This document shows, piece after piece, positions 18,244 to 27,735 of a DNA stretch of 64,000 nt. Position 1 is the first letter of the stretch. Each line of letters opens with the position of its first letter. The position numbers and the translations under genes were made by a program. Source of the DNA: Rhodospirillales bacterium (GTDB taxonomy: Bacteria > Pseudomonadota > Alphaproteobacteria > Rhodospirillales > JASLLZ01); the NCBI GenBank assembly GCA_030754885.1, contig JASLZL010000089.1, positions 7,692 through 71,691 on the forward strand, read 5' to 3'. The notes under the pieces were generated by a model. That model was not told the DNA's origin and ran no database searches. It was given only the letters and a program-made list of their open reading frames with translations.

Positions 18244-19239
18244 TCACAGGGTGAAAATCTGGGTTGCTGGCTCACCAGCCTCCCAGCCCTGCACGACAAG
18301 GGTTCCATCCGTTGCGTTGGCGATCACCGAGATCCGGGTCGTCTCATTCAAGATAGGTGGCACGACCCATGAAAAGTCGTCGTCGGCCTGCCCGCCCAGT
18401 TTTGCCATGATGTCACGCCTGGCCTGGTTGTCGCCACCGCGACCGTGCCCGCGTACAGAAAAATTGAGCCACTGGTTGGCAATGCAGGCCGGCGCCTTGT
18501 GCACATGGGCCTGATCCTCCAGGCGCTCGATGACGCAACCTTGGTCCGCCTCGATGCCGCTTAGGGTGAAGAAAGCCGGCAGGCAAAGGGGGGTCTCGGT
18601 AAGTGCCGCCTTGGCTTCGTCATAGGTGTGACAATCATCGAAGACGCGCCTTAGCAAGTGCGTCGGCGGCAGTCCTGAGTGCCGCCACACCCGGGCCCGG
18701 TTGAGCACCCAATCGAGGTGGAACGAAGATGAGAAGACGCGCATCGGTGGTTGGTTGATGGCGGCACTGAAGCGCCCCGGCGCCATCGCCGTTGCCACGC
18801 CGACGAAGCCTGGCCAGGTCACATCGTTGTAAGGGCCCGCAGGCCCCTGTCGGCTGGCGACAACGACGGACCGCCCAAGACCGTCGAGTTGCCAGTCCAA
18901 AGTGCGCAGCAAACGGCTGCCACTGCCATGGCGGGCCGCGGCCACGCCGCTGGTGCAGGTCCATTCGTAGGAAAGATTGAGGAGCGCCATGCCCGGCTGC
19001 TGGACATGCCCGGCGATGGCGGTAATTTCGTCGCGGTAGGGGTTTTGGGAACGCGCCAGCCAGCACCGCGAGAGCCCATCGCCGACGCGCAGCGCCAAAC
19101 CGCCATAATGACGCCCGGCCTCGTCCATGATCTCGGCCAGGTGATCGGGAAACCCCTCGACCAAAGCCAGCGGACTGGCGCCTGCGCCCTCAACGAAAGG
19201 GACTGGCCTGAGGGTTGGCGTTCGAGTGTTTTGGTCCAA
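18244..19239 (-). CDS. acid ceramidase / N-acylethanolamine acid amidase-like Ntn hydrolase (CBAH/NAAA family)
   Basis: It aligns by eye with human acid ceramidase. [15 protein letters not shown] matches FNIFYELFTICTSIVA (nucleophile Cys). [22 protein letters not shown] matches [46 protein letters not shown]....GCVIER matches [24 protein letters not shown]....GCVITR. The start is uncertain: TTG 19239 after AGAGG, or ATG 19131. The track ORF extends to 19902 as antisense of purB. Confidence 0.7.
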   Translation of the reverse strand: [331 protein letters not shown]

Positions 19240-19383
19240 GGTTCTGCCTCTCAATTCCGAAAAATGGTACCACGGAGGCGGCGACGACGATACGGGACCG
19301 GGTTTCGACGTGCCTTTCCGGGACCGATTTCCTAGAATGGGCCGTCGGTCGAGCTTCGGCCCTCGTCGCAACGGAGATAAACA

Positions 19384-20682
19384 GTGATCCCACGTTACAG
19401 CCGAGAACCAATGGCCGCCATCTGGGAGCCCGAGAACCGCTATCGCATTTGGCTGGATATCGAGTGCCACGCCTGCGACGCCCTGGCCGAACTGGGCGTG
19501 ATCCCCAAGGCGGCGGCGGAGGCGGTGCGCGGGCGCGGTGCCTTCGACGTGGCGCGCATTGACGAGATCGAAAGGGAGACCCACCACGACGTCATCGCCT
19601 TCCTTACCAATCTGGCCGAGCACGTCGGAGAAGAGGCGCGTTTCGTTCATCAAGGCATGACGTCGTCGGATGTGCTTGATACCTGTCTCGGCGTTCAGCT
19701 TACCCAGGCGGCGGATATCCTGATCGAAGACGTGGACGGCCTGCTGGCCGCGCTGAGGAAGCGCGCCATCGAACACAAGGATACGCTCTGCGTTGGGCGC
19801 AGCCACGGAATCCACGCCGAGCCCACCACCTTCGGCCTCAAGCTGGCGGGCTTTCATGCCGAGTTCCAGCGTGCCCGCCAACGTCTCGTCCAGGCTCGGC
19901 ACGAAATCGCCACCTGTGCCATTTCAGGCGCTGTCGGCACCTTTGCCAATATCGACCCCCGTATCGAGGCCCATGTGGCAAGCCAGATGGGTCTGGAGAT
20001 CGAGCCGGTCTCGAGCCAGATCGTACCCCGCGACCGCCATGCCATGTTTTTCGCCACACTTGGCGTCATCGCCGCCTCGGTGGAGCGTCTGGCGACCGAG
20101 ATCAGGCATTTGCAGCGCACCGAGGTGCGCGAGGCCGAGGAATACTTCGCGCCCGGCCAGAAGGGGTCATCCGCCATGCCCCACAAACGAAATCCGGTAT
20201 TGACCGAGAACCTTACCGGTCTGGCGCGGGTCGTGCGCTCGGCCGTCGTGCCGGCGCTTGAGAACGTGGCCCTGTGGCATGAACGCGACATTTCGCATTC
20301 GTCGGTGGAACGCGTCATCGGACCCGACGCTACCATCGCGCTCGATTTCGCCCTGGCCCGCCTGGCCGGCGTGGTCGATAAACTCGTCGTCCACCCGGAC
20401 GCCATGCGCGCCAACCTCGACCAACTGGGCGGACTGGTCTTCTCGCAACGTGTCCTGCTGGCCCTGACCCAGGCAGGCATGAGCCGCGAGGCGGCCTACG
20501 AGGCGGTACAGCGAAACGCCATGGCGGTGTGGGACGGAAGCGGTGCCTTTCTCGAAAACTTGCAGGGCGACGCGGCGGTTACCGAATACCTGGACGGCGA
20601 AGCACTGGCCGAGCTTTTCGACCTCGGCTACCACACCAAGAACGTCGATACGATCTTTCAGCGCGTCTTCGGCGGGAGCTGA
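19384..20682 (+). CDS. purB: adenylosuccinate lyase
   Basis: 432 aa. Starts MIPRYSR.., with HDV..F and the signature GSSAMPHKRNP. Confidence 0.92.
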   Translation: MIPRYSREPMAAIWEPENRYRIWLDIECHACDALAELGVIPKAAAEAVRGRGAFDVARIDEIERETHHDVIAFLTNLAEHVGEEARFVHQGMTSSDVLDTCLGVQLTQAADILIEDVDGLLAALRKRAIEHKDTLCVGRSHGIHAEPTTFGLKLAGFHAEFQRARQRLVQARHEIATCAISGAVGTFANIDPRIEAHVASQMGLEIEPVSSQIVPRDRHAMFFATLGVIAASVERLATEIRHLQRTEVREAEEYFAPGQKGSSAMPHKRNPVLTENLTGLARVVRSAVVPALENVALWHERDISHSSVERVIGPDATIALDFALARLAGVVDKLVVHPDAMRANLDQLGGLVFSQRVLLALTQAGMSREAAYEAVQRNAMAVWDGSGAFLENLQGDAAVTEYLDGEALAELFDLGYHTKNVDTIFQRVFGGS

Positions 20683-20691
20683 CGGCGCCCC

Positions 20692-21066
20692 TTAGACGGG
20701 CCAGTCGCCGACCTTGGCGTGGTCGGGGCCCAGGGGCTCGGGATAATCTTTCGCCACTTGGTCGCGGGCGACGGCGAGGAGACGTATCATCTCGTCGCGA
20801 ATAGCGTCCTCTCGGATTTCGAGGCCGCGGTCCTGAAAGTCCTTTACGATCTTTTCCACTACGCTCTGGCCTTCGCTATCACCGAACCCCATTCCGACCA
20901 CTTCCTTGGCGTAGGTGTCGGCTTTCGGCTCATCCATTCCCAGGCGTTCCGCCGCCCACAGGCCGATGAGCTTGTTGCGCCGGGCCAATGCCTTGAACTT
21001 CAACTCCTCGTCGAGCTTATACTTGGCTTCGTGGCCCTTTTCGCGTTTGCGCAAGGTGTCTTCCAT
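20692..21066 (-). CDS. DUF1476 protein, homologue of the alphaproteobacterial F1-ATPase inhibitor subunit zeta
   Basis: From ATG 21066: MEDTLRKREKGHEAKYKLDEELKFKALARRNKLIGLWAAERLG... This parallels the Paracoccus zeta subunit N-terminus (..ERAHEAKFAHDAELNFKAEARRNRLLGEWAA..). The track ORF starts 20 codons early. Confidence 0.8.
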   Translation of the reverse strand: MEDTLRKREKGHEAKYKLDEELKFKALARRNKLIGLWAAERLGMDEPKADTYAKEVVGMGFGDSEGQSVVEKIVKDFQDRGLEIREDAIRDEMIRLLAVARDQVAKDYPEPLGPDHAKVGDWPV

Positions 21067-21190
21067 GCCGGGGATCCCTTGGACTGTATACCTGTAAAAT
21101 GTAATGGCCGCCGCCGAATGGCGCAATGGCGTGCCACCATGTCAAAGTGTTCTGGCGATGCCTTGCGAATCGGCTTATGTGAAGGGAACC

Positions 21191-21955
21191 ATGTGTACTG
21201 TCGTCATTCTCCGCCGTCCCGGCCATGACTGGCCGCTGATCGTGGCCGCCAACCGCGATGAGATGGCGGGCAGGCCATCGGCGGCGCCGGCGCGCCACTG
21301 GCCGGATCGGCCCGAAGTGGTGGGCGGCCTGGACCGTCTGGCCGGCGGCACATGGTTTGGCCTCAACGACTATGGCGTTGTTGCCGGCGTGCTAAACCGC
21401 AGTGATTCCCTGGGTCCAAAGTTTGGCTATCGCAGCCGTGGTGAATTGCCGCTGGAGGCCCTGGATCACGCCGAGGCATCGGTCGCCGCCGAGGCGCTCT
21501 CGGCTATCGAGAGTGCCAGTTATCGATCATTCAACGCGGTGATCGCCGACGGACGCGACGCCTATTGGTTGCGCTCCGCCGGTGGCAGGGAGGGACGATG
21601 GGCAGCGGTTGAGGTCATGGAACTGCCGGTCGGTCTCTCCATGATCACGGCCTACGACCTCAACGACGAGCGTTCGCGGCGAACCCACCTCTACCTGCCG
21701 CGATTTTCAGATGCTCAACCCCCCGAACCAACCAGCGGCGATTGGCGCGCCTGGCAGGCCTTGCTGGCGAGTCGCCTCCACGACGCTGATGCCGGACCCG
21801 AGGGCGCGATGACCGTGGTTACCGACGGTGGTTTTGGCACCGTTTCGTCGTCACTGATCGCCGTTCCGCGGGCAACGCTGGAGAGTGAGGCGCCACGTTG
21901 GCTGTTCGCTGACGGCCGGCCGGGCGAGGTGCCCTATGAACAGGTGATCATGTGA
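21191..21955 (+). CDS. NRDE-family protein (TANGO2/DUF833 homologue)
   Basis: Starts MCTVVILRRPGHDWPLIVAANRDE. It has Cys2 directly after Met and the family-defining NRDE motif. GGTWFG follows. ATG 21191 is preceded by a GAAGGGA RBS. Confidence 0.8.
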   Translation: MCTVVILRRPGHDWPLIVAANRDEMAGRPSAAPARHWPDRPEVVGGLDRLAGGTWFGLNDYGVVAGVLNRSDSLGPKFGYRSRGELPLEALDHAEASVAAEALSAIESASYRSFNAVIADGRDAYWLRSAGGREGRWAAVEVMELPVGLSMITAYDLNDERSRRTHLYLPRFSDAQPPEPTSGDWRAWQALLASRLHDADAGPEGAMTVVTDGGFGTVSSSLIAVPRATLESEAPRWLFADGRPGEVPYEQVIM

Positions 21956-22059
21956 GTCGAGGCTCGGGGCGGCGTTGTTTTGTCCCTATGTACCTGCTAT
22001 ATCAATAGAACGGTTCCAAGAGCGCCGCCGTCCTTTCCCCTCATTGGCGGGCATTCATC

Positions 22060-22824
22060 ATGGCCAGACGCAGACAGATATTCGAAGGCAAAGCCAAGGT
22101 CCTGTTCGAGGGACCTGAACCCGGCACGCTGGTCCAATACTTCAAGGACGACGCCAGCGCGTTCAAGAACATGAAGACGGGCACCATCACCGGCAAGGGC
22201 GTGCTCAATAACCGGATCTCGGAATATCTCATGACCCGGCTTGGCGACGTCGGTGTCCCAACCCATTTCATGCGCCGGCTTAACATGCGCGAGCAACTGG
22301 TGCGCGAGGTCGAGATTATTCCCGTCGAGGTGGTGGTGCGCAACATCTCTGCGGGCTCTCTGGCCAAGCGCTTCGGCGTTGCCGAGGGAACGCCGTTGCC
22401 GCGCTCCATTGTCGAGTATTGTTACAAGTCCAACGAACTCGACGACCCGATGGTCAGCGAGGAACACATCACCGCCTTCGGCTGGGCGACGCCGCAGGAA
22501 CTTGACGAAATCATGTCATTGGCGTTGCGCGTCAACGATTTCCTCAGCGGTCTCTTCCTTGGCATCGGTATCCGTTTGGTCGATTTCCGCCTAGAGTTCG
22601 GACGGCTGTGGGAGGACGACCAGATGCGCATCGTGCTGGCCGACGAAATCAGCCCCGATAGTTGCCGGTTGTGGGACATCAAAACCAACGAGAAGATGGA
22701 CAAGGACCGTTTCCGCCGCGATCTGGGCAAGGTTGAGGAGGCCTACCAGGAAGTGGCGCGGCGCCTTGGCATCCTGCCTGAAGGGGGCCCCAGGGACATG
22801 AAGGGCCCTGAGGTCATGCAGTGA
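22060..22824 (+). CDS. purC: phosphoribosylaminoimidazole-succinocarboxamide synthase
   Basis: 254 aa. Contains EGKAK.L....P......YFKDD.SAF and DKDRFR motifs of SAICAR synthetase. Confidence 0.92.
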   Translation: MARRRQIFEGKAKVLFEGPEPGTLVQYFKDDASAFKNMKTGTITGKGVLNNRISEYLMTRLGDVGVPTHFMRRLNMREQLVREVEIIPVEVVVRNISAGSLAKRFGVAEGTPLPRSIVEYCYKSNELDDPMVSEEHITAFGWATPQELDEIMSLALRVNDFLSGLFLGIGIRLVDFRLEFGRLWEDDQMRIVLADEISPDSCRLWDIKTNEKMDKDRFRRDLGKVEEAYQEVARRLGILPEGGPRDMKGPEVMQ

Positions 22825-22909
22825 GCGTTTATAGCTTTTTCCTTATTTCCGGCACCGGCCTGCATCCCCTCCTGGGCAAGGTTCAGTTTCGAATAACCGG
22901 AGATCAGTA

Positions 22910-25114
22910 TCACCTTGATACCACTGTTTCCGCTTCCTTCTCCTCCGCCATTCCCTGGGCGACCGGAAAAAACAGTCTGACCGTTGTGCCCTTACTCTCC
23001 TCGCTCTCGATGGTCACATGACCACCTGATTGCTTAACAAATCCATAGACCATGCTCAGGCCCAGACCCGATCCCTCGGCAAGCCCCTGGGTGGTGAAGA
23101 ACGGCTCGAAGGCATGCTCCAGGACGTCGGGCGACATTCCGTATCCCGTATCGGTCACCGTCAACGTCACGTAGCGCCCCGACGGCAGTCCGCCGTCCCC
23201 ATCAAACAATGCCTCCTCCAGATCGATGCTGGCCGTCTCAAGGGTCAGGGTACCGCCTTCGGGCATGGCGGTGCGGGCATTGAGGGCCAAGTTCAAGATG
23301 GCGTTTCCCAAAAGCTGCCGATCAACCTCGATCAACTCCAGGTCCTCGGCGCAATAGGCCTCAATGGTGATCTCCTCACCCAGGGTTGGGCTCAGGAAAT
23401 CAACCTCATCGAGAATAAGATCATTGGTCTGGAGGGTTTCGGGCCGCAGCATTTCCCTGCGGGAGAACGCCAAAAGCTGCCTGGTCAGTTTGGCGCCACG
23501 GTGGGCGGCATCGGTGGAGTGCTGCATCAATGTGGATGCGTCACTCTCATTGAGATCCCCTTTATCAAGAATATCGAGGTTGCTGATGACCACGGTGAGA
23601 ATATTGTTAAATTCGTGGGCAATGCCGCCGGTCAACTGGCCTACCGCCTCAATCTTCTGGAACTGGCGGAGGTGTTCCTCGGCTCGTTTGCGCTTGGTGA
23701 TGTTGCGTGAAAACAGGGCGATCCGCTGCACCTCACCTCACGCATCGAGGATCGGCTGCGCGTGGGTTTCGAACCAGCTTCCGTCACGCCCGTCCTCGTC
23801 AACGACCGGCTCTTTGCTTTCGAGCATGGCCAACAGTTTGCCGCGCCGCCGATCGCCGACCTCGGGCGGCATGAACTCAAAGATATTTCGCCCAACCATG
23901 TCCCCGACGTTAGCCTCCAGCGTCCTTGCGCCGGCTTCATTAACTTCTAGTACGGTTCCCGCGCGGTCCAGCAAGAAGATGCTGTCCGTCGCCGCAGCAA
24001 AGAGAGCCCGTTTGGTCTCTTCACTTCGGGAAAGGCGCTCCTCGGCCCGCTTGCGCTGGGAAATATCTTGTGCCGTGCCCATCGTACCCATCAAGTTCCC
24101 TTTGGAATCCTTGACCACAACGGCGTTGAAACTCATGGCGACAAACGACCCATCCTTTTTGCGGTACCTTGTTTCGTAATGGGATGCCCCTCCCGTTTCC
24201 TTGATCCTGGCGAACGTCTTTAAATCCTTTTCCGCTTGTTCCGGTGTCTTAAAATATGTCAGCGACCTGCCGATCATTTCGTCCGGCTCATAGCCCAGAA
24301 TGTGCATGGCGGCGTTTCGATTGACAAAAGTGAACTTGCCTTCGCTATCGACAGACCAAATCAGGTCATGACTCGTTTCGACGAGATTGCGGTACTTCCG
24401 TTCACTATCGCGAAACTCACTTTCGCTGGATTGCAATGCAATTTGCTGGCTCTTAATAGTTTTGTCAGCCCGTCGGACGACCTGGTACAGCACCACATAG
24501 AGCACACCTAAAGCGACTAAGAGCGCTAAGAATACATGGAGGACATGCTCATCGATATCTGTCAAAAGAGACGTGATGTCAGAATCTATCTCAAAGACGC
24601 CCACCACGTTTCCATCGTCGCTACGGAAGGGCAGATAGCTGGAAAGAATATCCAAGTTCTCGGCCGATTGTGCGCGGTCGCCACCATCGTTCAACAGGGC
24701 AATTCTTGAGAATGCACGACCCTCTCGCGCCGCAATAAAACCAGCATCACTCCTTTTGCCTATCCCGATTTTACCTCTTTCGGTGGAATAAATGATGAGG
24801 CCCTTGAGGTTGAGTATATTAACCCTCAAGACCGGGAGCCCTTTTATCAGGAGCGACAGATTCTTGGATATTTCCCGTGTTCTCGTGTCGGTTAGAACCG
24901 TCTTCCCATCTTCCACATTGATCGAATATAAATAGGGACCGAAGTGGCTCCGGATATCATTGCCTATTAAGCGCGTCAGGAATTCATTCTGGCGCTCACC
25001 TACGTTGATCAAGTCTTCGACAGTAAGGTGGTGAAAGAAAATCATAAGTACCGCAATAACAATTATAACGGTATCTGCACTAGCAAGAGAGAAATAGCGA
25101 AGTAATCGAAACAT
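22910..25114 (-). pseudogene. sensor histidine kinase (TM - Cache-like - TM - PAS - PAS - HisKA - HATPase) interrupted by an in-frame TGA
   Basis: Two track ORFs, 23738..25114 (sensor/PAS part) and 22910..23731 (HisKA GIAHEFNN + HATPase), lie in the same frame and are separated only by TGA at 23738-23740 plus 2 codons. The stop falls in the last strands of a PAS domain (..WFETHAQPILDA*GEVQRIALFSRNITKRKRAEEHL). The 5' third is visibly more AT-rich than its surroundings. Confidence 0.7.
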
Positions 25115-25536
25115 CTTCCCTAATCCTACAGAATTCGGTTCTCTTTCTATAATAGTCTAATTATTGTTTAAGTAAAGTCCGGATACTGCTAATCCGATAT
25201 CGTGCGGCCACGCCACCTTTGATGCGGTGGACGCCCCACCACCAATTTCGCGTGCTTCCGTTGTTGTCTAGAATCGGACATTGACCGTAGCCGCTAGATA
25301 CGTCCGCTCTCAGGCGGCAAGCGGACGTTCCCGTTCACAAAACTTACCCGTTGTGCCTTCCGCTTCGGCAACGGCACCCCCTCTCCGTCTTCGGCCCGAT
25401 TAGACAGCCGCCCGAGCCGTAAGTATACCATCTCTATCCCTGCGGAGCGGTATGAGACTGGTCCCATGAATTTCGATAACGTGAAATTGCACAACCCGTT
25501 GGTTGGCCATAGTGTGGTCATGGAGGAGGCACTGAA

Positions 25537-26199
25537 ATGAGCCACGATCCCGACCCGAAAGCGAACGTCGATGCTTGGTCCAAACAAAGCCAGCAGCTCT
25601 CTTATCGCCGCATGATGGGGGCGACGGATCCCGAGGTACTGGAGGCCTGGAACGAGTTTTATCGCCGCCTGATTCTGAGCGACAGAAGTCTCGACGCAAT
25701 ATCAAGCGAACTGCTCCTTCTGTCCTTGCTGACGACAACCCGCGAGGCCCATGGGCGTATCCACGTTGGGCGCGCCCGCGACGCCGGCATCGATGACGAC
25801 CGGATCGCGTCGGCCATCGCGCTCGGAGGTGCCTTCGACGCCCTTTCCACCTACGATTTCATAATCGACAACTGGCGCGACGAACTGGACGGCGGGCGCG
25901 TGCTGGAACTCTATCTGGCCGGGGTTGAGCGGGTGCGGGGCGCGATCGACCCCAAGCTTTGCGAAATCATGGCCGTGGCCTGCCACGCCGCCAAGCGGCG
26001 TCCGCGCGGTCTGCGGCTGCATTTGGGCCGGGCCTTCGCCGCCGGCGCCACGGTGGCCGAGGTATCGGAAGCGCTGAGCTTCTTGATCATGGTATGCAGC
26101 TTGCCGACCTTGACCGACGCGGCGATCGGATGGACGGCGGCGGCCCGCGACAGTCTATGCCCGCCGCCCTACGACGACGCGACCGAGCCTAAGCCCTAA
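25537..26199 (+). CDS. carboxymuconolactone decarboxylase (AhpD-like) family protein, two CMD-like repeats
   Basis: 220 aa with a GGAGGAGG RBS. Two helical repeats resemble CMD domains (LDAISSELLLLSLLTTT..H...ARDAGIDDDRIASAI and DPKLCEIMAVACHAA....LHLGRAFAAGATVAEVSEAL). The assignment is by pattern only. Confidence 0.5.
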   Translation: MSHDPDPKANVDAWSKQSQQLSYRRMMGATDPEVLEAWNEFYRRLILSDRSLDAISSELLLLSLLTTTREAHGRIHVGRARDAGIDDDRIASAIALGGAFDALSTYDFIIDNWRDELDGGRVLELYLAGVERVRGAIDPKLCEIMAVACHAAKRRPRGLRLHLGRAFAAGATVAEVSEALSFLIMVCSLPTLTDAAIGWTAAARDSLCPPPYDDATEPKP

Positions 26200-27236
26200 T
26201 TCAGTCCCTTCATGCCGGCGCCCCAGGTGTCGGTCAGCAGGAAGCCTTCGGGGAAGGGGTCGGTGGCGTCCCAGCCCAGCTCGTGGGTGGCGAATATCCA
26301 ACCGCGGCCCTTGATGCGGGGCACCACGGCGTCCCGCCCGCCAACCTCGGTGGTCTTTGCCACTTGGGTGACAAAGCGGGTGCCGAGAAGCGAGCGGAAG
26401 GTATGAACCTCGCCCGGTTTGGCCATCCCCCGTTCGGCCAGCACCGCCAGGCGCGCCGAACACCCGGTGCCGCAGGGACAGCGGTCGAGCCTTCCCGGCG
26501 AAACGACGATGGCGTTGACCCAGGTATTGTCCTCGCCCGTGACTTGGTCGGTGAAATAGGCAAAGGTGACGTCGCGGATAAGCGGATTTTCGGGATGCAC
26601 CACGTCCAATTGTTCGACCGCCGCCGCCTTGATCTTTTCTCCCAGATCGACCATGTCGCGGGCCTCGTCGGGGGTCATGCGAAAGCCCACCGAGGACGCC
26701 TCAACAATGGCGAAGAAGGCACCGCCGTAGGAAATATCGGCCGTCACCGTGCCCACGCCTTCGACTTCAAGGCTGGCTTCCAGCCGGTCGACAAAACAGG
26801 GCACGTTGTCAAACGCGACGGTCTCCACCTTGCCGTCCTTGCACTGGGCCGTCACCGCCACCAGCCCCGCCGGGGTATCGAGGACGAGCTTGGTCTCGGG
26901 CTCGCGCATGGGCACCAAGCCTGTCTCCAGCACAACGGTGACGACGCAAATGGTGTTGGAGCCCGACATCGGCGGATAATCGGTGGATTCCATGATGATC
27001 ATGCCGACATCGGCCTCGGGTACTGTCGGCGGTAGGACTAGATTGACCGACATGGCAGCGCCGCCGCGCGGCTCAAAAAGACAAAATCGGCGGATCGAAT
27101 CGTCTTTGGTCTCAAGGTGGCGCTTCTTGTCGAACATGGTGGCACCCGGGACGTCGAGGACGCCGCCGGTGATCACCCGGCCGACCTCGCCCTCGGCATG
27201 GGCATCGACGATGGATAGGCGTTTGCGCCAGCGCAT
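26196..27236 (-). CDS. proline racemase superfamily protein (hydroxyproline epimerase/dehydratase-type), Ser/Cys catalytic pair
   Basis: Starts MRWRKRLSIVDAHAEGEVGRVITGG. The first catalytic motif reads PPMSGSNT (Ser where racemases have Cys). The second reads DRCPCGTGCSARLA (Cys retained). ATG 27236 has a GGGAGA RBS. Confidence 0.85.
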   Translation of the reverse strand: MRWRKRLSIVDAHAEGEVGRVITGGVLDVPGATMFDKKRHLETKDDSIRRFCLFEPRGGAAMSVNLVLPPTVPEADVGMIIMESTDYPPMSGSNTICVVTVVLETGLVPMREPETKLVLDTPAGLVAVTAQCKDGKVETVAFDNVPCFVDRLEASLEVEGVGTVTADISYGGAFFAIVEASSVGFRMTPDEARDMVDLGEKIKAAAVEQLDVVHPENPLIRDVTFAYFTDQVTGEDNTWVNAIVVSPGRLDRCPCGTGCSARLAVLAERGMAKPGEVHTFRSLLGTRFVTQVAKTTEVGGRDAVVPRIKGRGWIFATHELGWDATDPFPEGFLLTDTWGAGMKGLN

Positions 27237-27304
27237 GACGTGATCTCCCAGGATGATCGGCAATCGGGGTTCAACCGACGTTAGCACGGCCCCCGGCTGT
27301 CGGG

Positions 27305-27718
27305 CTAGGCGGCCGCGATGGCGCCGTCTTCGGCGACGTGCACTGCCATTCCGTCTTCAAGCGCCGCATGGTCGGCCAGCGGCAGTTCCAGGACCGGGAT
27401 CGTCGGCCAGCCCATTTCACGCGCCACCACGACGCCGATGACCAAAATGGCGTCGACCTCGGCCAGGATCAACGCCGCCGGCGCCCGGCCGGCGCGCAGA
27501 AGCTCCAACAAGATGGCGCTCGACGAGCTTGACCCGCGCGTTGAGCCAAGCACCAGAACGCGCCCGGCGATGTTGGTGCCGGCCGACGGGCCGCGTGGAT
27601 CGGTCAACGCCGAGGTCCGGGGATCGACGCCACCCCAAAAGCTGAGAGGTTCGGCCAGGCGCAGGACCCGGCCCTCCGCGGCACCCGCCACCAACACCCG
27701 CCCACGGGCTAATTCCAT
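27305..27718 (-). CDS. aconitase X swivel-domain subunit (DUF126)
   Basis: 137 aa from ATG 27718. Contains ...GRVLRLAEPLSFWGGVDPRTS....GRVLVLGSTRGSSSSSAILLELLRAGRAPAALI..., the typical DUF126/AcnX small-subunit pattern. Confidence 0.75.
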   Translation of the reverse strand: MELARGRVLVAGAAEGRVLRLAEPLSFWGGVDPRTSALTDPRGPSAGTNIAGRVLVLGSTRGSSSSSAILLELLRAGRAPAALILAEVDAILVIGVVVAREMGWPTIPVLELPLADHAALEDGMAVHVAEDGAIAAA

Positions 27719-27735
27719 GGCTGCCCTCGCACCAG

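Noticed and set aside
19240-19902. N-terminal extension of the 552-aa minus ORF over purB
   Set aside because: It is antisense to the 5' part of purB and shows no homology-like pattern. The ceramidase-like similarity starts only downstream, at about 19150.
23738-23740. TGA in the histidine kinase as selenocysteine or programmed read-through
   Set aside because: I see no obvious SECIS-like hairpin immediately downstream. The position is a variable PAS loop residue with no reason to be Sec/Cys. A nonsense mutation or a sequencing error is the simpler explanation. I kept it as a pseudogene finding rather than a recoding claim.
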